Assembly (NCBI GenBank): GCA_964561785.1
Contig: CAZLRF010000014.1
Span: 25,816 to 89,815 of the forward strand
From: an uncultured Acidobacteriota bacterium
GTDB lineage: Bacteria; Acidobacteriota; Vicinamibacteria; Fen-336
Direction: 5' to 3'
DNA: 64,000 nucleotides
Every line of letters starts with the position of its first letter. Position 1 is the stretch's first letter. A program made the position numbers and the translations under genes. The notes under the pieces were generated by a model. It saw only the letters and a program-made list of their open reading frames with translations, did no database searches and was not told the DNA's origin. Shown piece after piece: positions 57,441 to 64,000 of this stretch.

Positions 57441-59825
57441 ATGATCGGCGAGACGCTGTCCCATTACCGTATCCTCAACAAGCTCGGCGGCGGCGGGATG
57501 GGCGTGGTGTACGAGGCGGAGGACACGAACCTCGGGCGTCACGTCGCGCTGAAGCTGCTGCCGGACGAGATGGCCGCGAGCCCCGAGGTCCTCGAGCGCT
57601 TCCGGAGGGAGGCGCGGGCCGCGTCCGCGCTCAACCACCCCAACATCTGCGTGATCCACGAGATCGGCGAAGACCAGGGGCGCAGCTTCATCGTGATGGA
57701 GCTGATGGAGGGGACGACGCTCAAGCACCGGATCGCCGGCCGGCCGCTGCCGATGGACGAGGTCCTGGACTTCGGCGCGCAGCTTGCCGAGGCGCTGGAG
57801 GCTGCCCACGCCAAGGGAATCGTCCACCGTGACATCAAGCCGGCGAACGTGTTCGTGACCGCCCGCGGGCAGGCGAAGCTGCTCGATTTCGGGCTCGCGA
57901 AGCAGACCCTGCTGCAGGCCGGCGCCGAGTCCGTGAGCCCGACGGCCGTCCGTGAGACGGAGCTGACCCGGACGGGCGCGATGATGGGCACCGCCGCCTA
58001 CATGTCGCCCGAGCAGGCGCGCGGCAGCGACCTCGACGGCCGCACGGATCTCTACTCGCTCGGCGCGGTGCTCTACGAGATGGCGACGGGCGTGCTTCCG
58101 TTCGCGGGCTCGACGACGGGCGCCGTGCTGGAGGCGATCTTCACGACCGACCCGGTCGCTCCGTCGCGGCTCAACGACCAGGTCCCGCCGGAGCTCGAGC
58201 GGATCATCGCGAAGGCGCTGGAGAAGGACCGGAAGCTCCGCTACCAGGGCGCCGCGGAGCTGCGCTCGGACCTGCAGCGGCTGCGGCGCGAAACGCTGTC
58301 GGGGCGAGTGACCGCGACGAGCGGCCCTTGGGCTGCACGTCCTCGTCGCGGGGCGCGGCGCTGGCTGTGGCCTGCGGTCGCGACGCTCGCGGCGGCGCTC
58401 GCCCTGGCCGGAGCTTTCCGGCTCGGGCGCGCGCGTCCCGAGGCGAGCTCGGCGCCGGCGCCCGCGGGCACCTCGCCCTCCGTCGCGGTGCTTCCGTTCG
58501 TGGACCTGAGCGAGGCGAAGGACCAGGAGTACTTCACGGACGGCCTCACCGAGGAGCTCCTGAACTCGCTCGCGAAGGTCCCGGAGCTGCGCGTCACGGG
58601 GCGCACGTCGTCGTTCCAGTTCAAGGGGAAGAACGAGGACGTTCGCGTGATCGGACGGAAGCTGAACGTCGCGAGCGTGCTCGAGGGGAGCGTCCGCAAG
58701 GCGGGCCGCCACGTGCGGATCACGGCGCAGCTCGTGAACGTAGCGGACGGCTTCCACCTGTGGTCCGAGACCTACGACCGGCAGCTCGACGACGCCTTCG
58801 CGGTGCAGGACGAGATCGCGCGACGAGTGGCGGGCGCGCTCTCGCGGACGCTCGTCGGAGCGAAGCCGAAGGGCCGCGTGCCGGACGCGGAGGCCTACAA
58901 CTTGCGGCTGCAGGCGCTCTACCTTCTCCGGCGCCAGGTGGCGAGCGACGTCGAGAGGGCTCGGGAGCTGGCGGAGCAGGCGGTCGCCAGGGACCCGGAC
59001 TACGCCGAGGCGTGGGACACGCTCGCGGTCGTGCACATCCGCGAGTTCGAGGCCGCGCAGACCTTCGCCGCCAAGCAGGCAGCGCTCGGACGGCAGCAGC
59101 GTGCGCTCGACCGGGCGCTCGAGCTCGACCCGGGCCTCGCCGGGGCGCACGCGCGGCTCGCCCGGCTCCGGCGCTTGCAATGGGACTTCGTCGGGGCGGA
59201 CCAGTCGATGAAGCGTGCGCTCGAGCTCGCGCCCGGCAGCGCGTTCCTGCTCTCGTACGCCGCGGGCTTCGCGTCCACGATGGGGCGCTTCGACGAGGCG
59301 ATCGCGCTGCAGAGGCGGGCGCTCGAGAGCGACCCGCTGAGCCTCACGGACCTCTACAACCTCGCGTTCCGCTACCTGGCCGCCGGCCGCGTGCCCGAGG
59401 GGGAGGCGACGATCCGGAGGTACCTCGAGCTCAACCCCGAAGGCTACGGCGCGCACGCGCTTCTGGGCGACGCGCTCGTGCGGCAAGGACGGTTCGCCGC
59501 GGGGCTCGCCGAGTACGGGAAGGAGTCGGACCCGTCGGGGCGTCTGGCCGGGCAAGCGATGGCGCACCACAGCCTCGGGAACCGCGCGGCCTCGGACGCG
59601 GCGCTCCAGGAGCTCGTGGCGAGGTACGGGGACCAGGCGAAGCTGATCGCGGAAGTCCACGCCTACCGCGGCGAGGTCGACCCGGCCTTCGTCTGGCTGG
59701 ACCGCGCCTACGACCGGCACGACTCGGATCTCGTCTACCTGAAGCCCGCGTACTTCCTGACCGCTCTGCACGGCGACCCGCGCTGGGCGACGCTGCTCGG
59801 GAAGGTCGGGCTTCCGGCCGACTGA
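57441..59825 (+). CDS. Ser/Thr protein kinase with TM segment, TolB-N/CadC-like periplasmic module and C-terminal TPR repeats
   Basis: Start [28 protein letters not shown] (Gly-loop), VALKLL (Lys), [10 protein letters not shown] (catalytic loop), DFGLAK, SPEQ (APE-like). TM helice [19 protein letters not shown]. Then [49 protein letters not shown]...LWSETYDR and TPRs. Confidence 0.88.
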   Translation: MIGETLSHYRILNKLGGGGMGVVYEAEDTNLGRHVALKLLPDEMAASPEVLERFRREARAASALNHPNICVIHEIGEDQGRSFIVMELMEGTTLKHRIAGRPLPMDEVLDFGAQLAEALEAAHAKGIVHRDIKPANVFVTARGQAKLLDFGLAKQTLLQAGAESVSPTAVRETELTRTGAMMGTAAYMSPEQARGSDLDGRTDLYSLGAVLYEMATGVLPFAGSTTGAVLEAIFTTDPVAPSRLNDQVPPELERIIAKALEKDRKLRYQGAAELRSDLQRLRRETLSGRVTATSGPWAARPRRGARRWLWPAVATLAAALALAGAFRLGRARPEASSAPAPAGTSPSVAVLPFVDLSEAKDQEYFTDGLTEELLNSLAKVPELRVTGRTSSFQFKGKNEDVRVIGRKLNVASVLEGSVRKAGRHVRITAQLVNVADGFHLWSETYDRQLDDAFAVQDEIARRVAGALSRTLVGAKPKGRVPDAEAYNLRLQALYLLRRQVASDVERARELAEQAVARDPDYAEAWDTLAVVHIREFEAAQTFAAKQAALGRQQRALDRALELDPGLAGAHARLARLRRLQWDFVGADQSMKRALELAPGSAFLLSYAAGFASTMGRFDEAIALQRRALESDPLSLTDLYNLAFRYLAAGRVPEGEATIRRYLELNPEGYGAHALLGDALVRQGRFAAGLAEYGKESDPSGRLAGQAMAHHSLGNRAASDAALQELVARYGDQAKLIAEVHAYRGEVDPAFVWLDRAYDRHDSDLVYLKPAYFLTALHGDPRWATLLGKVGLPAD

Positions 59826-59910
59826 GCCCGCTCTTCCACCGCTCGATCCTCGAGCGCAGCCGCACCGTCGAGGACGGCCGGCACGAGGACCTCGTCGCGC
59901 GCGACGGGGT

Positions 59911-61587
59911 CTACGGCAGCCTCCGGCGGAACAGCGCGATGAGGGCGTCGTTGGCCTGGGCCGGGTCGGGCAGGCCCGTGTCGTTTCGGTAGATGCCGAA
60001 CGCGCCCTCGTGGTAGGCGTGCCAGGTGAAGTGCAGGTCGTTCGCCTGAAGCAGATCGATCATGTCCTCGGCCCACCTCAGGCCGCCCCGCCCGTCCTCG
60101 AAGCAGGCCCGGTTGAGGCCGAGCTCGCCCACGTAGAGCGGTACGCCCTGGGCGCGGCCCCACGCGACGTACGGGGCGAGCAGAGCGGCCATCCCGTCCT
60201 TGTCGCGGCGCATCGGCCGCGCGCCCGAGGGGCTCGACTCGAAGTCGAGCCGCAGGCGCGAGCCGTTGCCGGCCTGGGCCGAGACGCCCTTCATCCAGCC
60301 GTTGATCTGGTAGGACCGGCCGCGCACCACCTCGAACCGCAGGCCGTTGTGGGTGGCGTTCGCCCAGTCCGTGGTTCCGCTGATCGCGATCGAGGCGCGG
60401 TCGCCGTGGCCCTCGTCGGCGAGGAACATCTGACCCACCCCGTTGTTCGCCCAGAAGCTCCAGCCGGTCGCCGACTCGACGTTCATCCGGGCGATCTGGC
60501 GGGCGACCCGGCCCGATTCGTCGTACTCGAGGACGGTGAAGTCGTCGAAGTAGGCCGTGCCCGCGTTCTTGTCGGAGGCGAAGACCGGCTTGCCGACGAT
60601 GATCGACGCGTCCTCCGCCTTCCACCGCACGCCCTCGTAGTACGTCCAGCCCGAGTCGCCCGGGGGCAGCGCGGGGTCGCTCCCCGTGGTCGTCTTCCAC
60701 GTGATGTCCGAGGGCACCTGGAGGACGTTCGGGTCCGGGTAGGGGCCGCCCTCGCCGAGCCCGGTCCACGAGGTGTGCTGGTGCGTGTACTCGATCGGCG
60801 CGTAGTAGTGGAACGTGTGGACGATGCCGGCGTCGGCGAGGGAGAGGAAGTTGAGCTGGCCGTAGGTCTCCCACTTGCCCTTCACCCCGTTGAGCCGCTC
60901 GACCACGATCAGGTGGTTCGTGTCCACCGAGCGGATCTCGCGGACGAGCGAGGACGCGAGGTCCTGCCACTGGTCGATCGAGGTCGGGACGATCGGCTCG
61001 TTGACGAGGTCGTAGCCCGCGATCACGGGCTCGGCCTGGTACCGCTCGGCGAGCTGCCGCCACTGGGCGCGCAGGCGGTCGCGGTTCGCCGCGTCCGTCC
61101 ACAGCGCCATGCCGTCCCCGAGCGACTGGAAGCCGCCCGGCGGGACGTGCATGTTGAGGACGAGGTACACCCCGCGGGAGCGGGCCCAGGCCACGTTGCG
61201 GTCGATCCAGTCCCACGCCGCGCCCGACTGCAGGAGCGCGTCGTTGAGGTAGAAGCGAATCGCGTTCATGTTCATGTCGCGGACGCGGTCGAGGTCGATC
61301 TCCGAGTGGTGGCTCGTCGGCGCCGTGCCCGGGTTGCCCCACACGCCGTTGCCGAAGCAGACGCCCTGCAGCCGCACGGGCCGGTCGTCGGCCCCGACGA
61401 CGAGGCTCGGCCCGCGCCGGCGCACGAACGCCTTCGGAACGGCCTCTCCGCCGTAGGGTCGGGCGGCGGGCGCCGGGGTGGCGGAGGGCGAGGCGGGGCC
61501 CGTCCCCCCGCCGCCGCAGGCGGCGGGGACGACGGACAGGACGGCCAGCAGGCGCAGGGCGGCGCGGAGCAGGAGACGGGTCGTCAT
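59911..61587 (-). CDS. Glycoside hydrolase family 5 lipoprotein with inserted or C-terminal carbohydrate-binding module
   Basis: 558 aa; signal peptide plus lipobox (LSVVPAACGGGG); GH5 motifs (NAIRFYLND, LVLNMHVPPGG, acid/base in YDLVNEP, nucleophile region LYVGELG). Confidence 0.82.
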   Translation of the reverse strand: MTTRLLLRAALRLLAVLSVVPAACGGGGTGPASPSATPAPAARPYGGEAVPKAFVRRRGPSLVVGADDRPVRLQGVCFGNGVWGNPGTAPTSHHSEIDLDRVRDMNMNAIRFYLNDALLQSGAAWDWIDRNVAWARSRGVYLVLNMHVPPGGFQSLGDGMALWTDAANRDRLRAQWRQLAERYQAEPVIAGYDLVNEPIVPTSIDQWQDLASSLVREIRSVDTNHLIVVERLNGVKGKWETYGQLNFLSLADAGIVHTFHYYAPIEYTHQHTSWTGLGEGGPYPDPNVLQVPSDITWKTTTGSDPALPPGDSGWTYYEGVRWKAEDASIIVGKPVFASDKNAGTAYFDDFTVLEYDESGRVARQIARMNVESATGWSFWANNGVGQMFLADEGHGDRASIAISGTTDWANATHNGLRFEVVRGRSYQINGWMKGVSAQAGNGSRLRLDFESSPSGARPMRRDKDGMAALLAPYVAWGRAQGVPLYVGELGLNRACFEDGRGGLRWAEDMIDLLQANDLHFTWHAYHEGAFGIYRNDTGLPDPAQANDALIALFRRRLP

Positions 61588-61638
61588 GACGCCATAGTGT
61601 CGCGGAGCCGGCCCACGGGGCTCAATCCTCCCGATGCC

Positions 61639-62364
61639 TCACCGCGCCACGCGGCGCAGCGCCCGACGCGCGATCGCCCCGACGACGCCGAGCACGGCCA
61701 TCCCCCCCACGATCCCGGCGAGGAGGAGCACGGGACCGCGGTGGCGGACGAAGGTCTGGATGTCCTCGGCCCCGGTCGACGCCGCGGCCGCGGCCAGCGC
61801 CACCGCCACCGCCGTGCGCGGCAGCATGCCCAGGAACGTCCCGGCCAGGAACGCCGGGAGAGGCACGCCGGTCGTCGCCATCACGAGGTTCGTGAGGGCG
61901 AACGGGGAGTTCGGCGGGAGGCGGAGCAGGGTGACGATCAGGACCGTGCGCCAGGGCGAGCGCCCGACGAGCGCGTCGCGGATCGCTCGCGCCTTCGGGT
62001 TCGTCTCGATGAGCGCGAGGACGCGGTCCCTCGAGACCCGGCGCGCGACTCGGTAGCCGAGGAGCCCGCCCCCGGTGAAGCCGAGGAGGGCGGCGGGCAG
62101 CCCCAGGCCGACGCCGAACACCCAGCCCCCGAGGATCGACTGCGCATAGGTCGGCAGGAACCCGAGCCCGGCCCCGAGGACGAACACGACGGTGTAGAGC
62201 GCGAGGCCGAGCGGGCGGTGGTAGAGGAGCCACTCGGACAGCGGCCCCAGCGCGGCCAGGAGGAGCGTGCCGCACACCGCCGGCGCGGCGGTCCACGCGA
62301 TGCCGAGCAGGCCCGTCGGCCCGAGGGCGCGCAGGGCCGAGGCGGCTTCGCGGGAGGGGGACAT
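61639..62364 (-). CDS. DedA/TVP38/SNARE-associated family membrane protein
   Basis: 241 aa, 5-6 TM helices, characteristic ...LLRLPPNSPFALTNLVMATTGVPLPAFLAGTFLGMLPR... re-entrant-loop region. Confidence 0.75.
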   Translation of the reverse strand: MSPSREAASALRALGPTGLLGIAWTAAPAVCGTLLLAALGPLSEWLLYHRPLGLALYTVVFVLGAGLGFLPTYAQSILGGWVFGVGLGLPAALLGFTGGGLLGYRVARRVSRDRVLALIETNPKARAIRDALVGRSPWRTVLIVTLLRLPPNSPFALTNLVMATTGVPLPAFLAGTFLGMLPRTAVAVALAAAAASTGAEDIQTFVRHRGPVLLLAGIVGGMAVLGVVGAIARRALRRVAR

Positions 62365-62438
62365 GGAAGGGCCATGATAGACTGCCCCTCGGGCGCCTCC
62401 CCCCGTCCCTCCGGGCGGGAGGCCAGGGGGTAGGGAGC

Positions 62439-62600
62439 ATGAAGAAGCGTCCGGCGCGCGAGCCGTACGAGCGCCCGAAGGTCACGCGCGTGCGGATCGT
62501 GTCGGGCGAGATGGCCGTCACGGGCTGCAAGACCCGCAACGGCAACGTCGGGCCCACCCTCGGCTGCCAGCGCACCGCCTGCCGCTCGATCGGCAGCTGA
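62439..62600 (+). CDS. Candidate RiPP precursor peptide (53 aa, 3 Cys in the C-terminal core)
   Basis: Unlisted small ORF: MKKRPAREPYERPKVTRVRIVSGEMAVTGCKTRNGNVGPTLGCQRTACRSIGS. It has a basic leader-like N-half and a Gly/Cys/Thr-rich C-half (Cys30, Cys43, Cys48). The stop is 5 nt before the GTG of the radical SAM/SPASM gene, and AGGGGGTAGGGAG precedes the ATG. Confidence 0.55.
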   Translation: MKKRPAREPYERPKVTRVRIVSGEMAVTGCKTRNGNVGPTLGCQRTACRSIGS

Positions 62601-62605
62601 ACGCC

Positions 62606-63871
62606 GTGGCGTCTCCCGCCGAGCCACGGGTCCCCGAGGTCAGCTTCCTCGAGTTCCGCGAGCGGGCGGGGCTCGACCGCCGCCGCGTCCCGATCGAGGG
62701 GACGATCGAGACCACCTACCGCTGCAACCTCGCGTGCGTCCACTGCTACGTCAACCAGCCGGCGGGGTCGCTCGAGGAGAAGGCCCGGGAGCTGTCCCTC
62801 GACCGCCTGAAGGCCCTCGTCGACGAGATCGTCGCGGAGGGCTGCCTCTTCGTGCTCTTCACCGGGGGCGAGGTCCTCGTCCGGCCCGACTTCCCCGAGC
62901 TGTACCTCTACGCCCGCTCGAAGGGTCTGCTCGTCACGATCTTCACGAACGGCACGCTGGTGACCGACCGCGTCGCCGACCTCTTCGCCGAGCACCCGCC
63001 CGACAAGATCGAGGTGAGCCTCTACGGGATGACGAAGCGGACGTACGAGCGCGTCACCCGCGTTCCCGGCTCCTTCGAGAAGTGCCTCGCCGGCATCCGC
63101 CGCCTCGTGGAGCGCGGGGTGCCGCTGACGCTCAAGACGATGGCCCTCACCTGGAACCAGGACGAGGTCCGGGCGATGGAGGAGTACGCCCGCTCGCTCG
63201 GGCTGAGCTTCCGCTTCGACAGCTCGCTCAACCCGCGCGTCGACTGCGGGTCGAACCGCAACTCCGAGCTGCAGCTCGACCCCGAGCGGGCGCTCGCGCT
63301 CGACCTCGGCGACCCCGAGCGCATGGAGGGCTTCCGGGAGTTCTGCGAGCGCTTCACGAGGCCCGACGCCGAGTACGGTGCGGAGAAGGTCTACACCTGC
63401 GGCGCGGGCCAGAGCTCGTTCACCGTCGACCCCTACGGGCGGCTGCAGATGTGCCAGCTCTCGCGCAAGAGCTTCCACGACCTCAAGGCGGGCCGCTTCG
63501 CCGACGGCTGGCACGGGTTGTTCCCCAGGCTGCGGGAGCGGACGTGGCAGACGAACGAGGTCTGCCGCCGGTGCAGCCTCATGGCCCTGTGCGGCAGCTG
63601 CCCGGGCGCCGCGGAGATGGAGACGGGCGACGTGGAGGGCATCGTGCCCGCCTTCTGCGAGCTCGCGCACCTGCGGGCCTTCGCGGTGATGGGCGAGCGG
63701 TCGGGCCACCGCCGGGACGCCACGTGCTGCCTCGGCCAGGGGACGCTCGCCGCACGGCCCGACGCCGAGGCCCGCGCGGCCCTCTCGGGCGGCTGCGGCT
63801 CGTGCGGTAACGCCGCGGCCGAGCCGGCGGAGCGGCTCGTCCGCCTCGAGCGCCGTCCCCGGCGGAGCTGA
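62606..63871 (+). CDS. Radical SAM / SPASM-domain peptide-modifying enzyme (maturase-type)
   Basis: 421 aa; radical SAM triad CNLACVHC at residues about 40-47 (TIETTYRCNLACVHCYVNQ), FTGGEVLV (SAM glycine motif). SPASM twitch region YTCGAGQSSFTVDPYGRLQMCQ ... CRRCSLMALCGSCPGAA, plus an extra Cys-rich tail (CCLGQG...GGCGSCGN). Confidence 0.85.
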   Translation: MASPAEPRVPEVSFLEFRERAGLDRRRVPIEGTIETTYRCNLACVHCYVNQPAGSLEEKARELSLDRLKALVDEIVAEGCLFVLFTGGEVLVRPDFPELYLYARSKGLLVTIFTNGTLVTDRVADLFAEHPPDKIEVSLYGMTKRTYERVTRVPGSFEKCLAGIRRLVERGVPLTLKTMALTWNQDEVRAMEEYARSLGLSFRFDSSLNPRVDCGSNRNSELQLDPERALALDLGDPERMEGFREFCERFTRPDAEYGAEKVYTCGAGQSSFTVDPYGRLQMCQLSRKSFHDLKAGRFADGWHGLFPRLRERTWQTNEVCRRCSLMALCGSCPGAAEMETGDVEGIVPAFCELAHLRAFAVMGERSGHRRDATCCLGQGTLAARPDAEARAALSGGCGSCGNAAAEPAERLVRLERRPRRS

Positions 63872-63878
63872 GGCGTTG

Positions 63879-64000
63879 CCCCGCCGGTCGCTCCGCCTGC
63901 GGGTCGGCGGGCTCGTGCTCGCCGTCGAGGCCGACCGCCCGACCGCGGCGCTCGATCCCCCGCCCGCCCTGCGAGCGTTCCTCGCGACGCGCGGCGGGGA
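63879..64000 (+). CDS. Downstream ORF, translationally coupled to the rSAM gene (5' fragment only; continues beyond the window)
   Basis: TTG 8 nt after the rSAM stop: (M)PRRSLRLRVGGLVLAVEADRPTAALDPPPALRAFLATRGG...; same strand, no gap. Resembles the N-terminal segment of HprK-related kinase or PqqD-partner proteins seen in some RiPP loci, but there is too little sequence to call. Confidence 0.35.

Noticed and set aside
55467-59992. ORFs 55467..57239 (+), 55480..57408 (-), 57192..59771 (-), 58328..59992 (+), 59735..61342 (-), 60010..62433 (+)
   Set aside because: Alternate-frame shadows over the 440-aa hypothetical, kinase, GH5 and DedA genes.
62439-62600. Small peptide as PqqA or mycofactocin MftA
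   Set aside because: It lacks the PqqA E-X3-Y motif and the MftA C-terminal GVY. The adjacent rSAM has no recognisable PqqD/RRE fusion. It is therefore kept as an unclassified RiPP-precursor candidate rather than assigned to these families.
1-64000. CRISPR arrays, rRNA genes, IS elements or transposases
   Set aside because: No direct-repeat/spacer periodicity, no rRNA-like conserved stretches and no transposase-like ORFs or terminal inverted repeats were seen. The only mobile elements supported are the DnaB intein and the TA cassettes.

Overview
Very GC-rich window (roughly 70% GC by eye) from a Gram-negative-type bacterium. LolB-like lipoprotein, an O-antigen ligase, many CarboxypepD_reg/TPR proteins and eukaryotic-type Ser/Thr kinases point to Acidobacteriota or a similar lineage. 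Almost every real gene is shadowed by long Arg/Pro/Gly-rich ORFs in other frames, so the ORF table over-calls; real starts were placed by domain recognition and by 4-nt ATGA/GTGA overlaps. Core content: a minus-strand run of rpsF-rpsR-DUF2232-rplI-dnaB (DnaB carries a full LAGLIDADG intein)-radA-yacL-plsC-dacB; a lolB-ispE-prs-rplY-pth cluster with tRNA-Gln and spoVG; an LPS-related patch (O-antigen ligase, heptose kinase, sulfatase-like transferase); purH; selA; and an unusual partial complex I cluster nuoA-nuoEF(fused)-H-J-K-L-M-N lacking B, C, D, G and I. Accessory content: a 1133-aa secreted protein of tandem beta-sandwich domains; two degraded toxin-antitoxin islands (Phd-RelE/ParE next to a frameshifted TolB-like gene; a frameshifted VapBC beside a nucleotidyltransferase-fold protein); GH95, GH5 and S9 hydrolases; a PQQ quinohemoprotein. 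The best candidate for a novel system is at the 3' end: an unannotated 53-aa three-Cys peptide ORF, followed 5 nt later by a radical SAM/SPASM maturase and a further tightly coupled ORF cut by the window edge.
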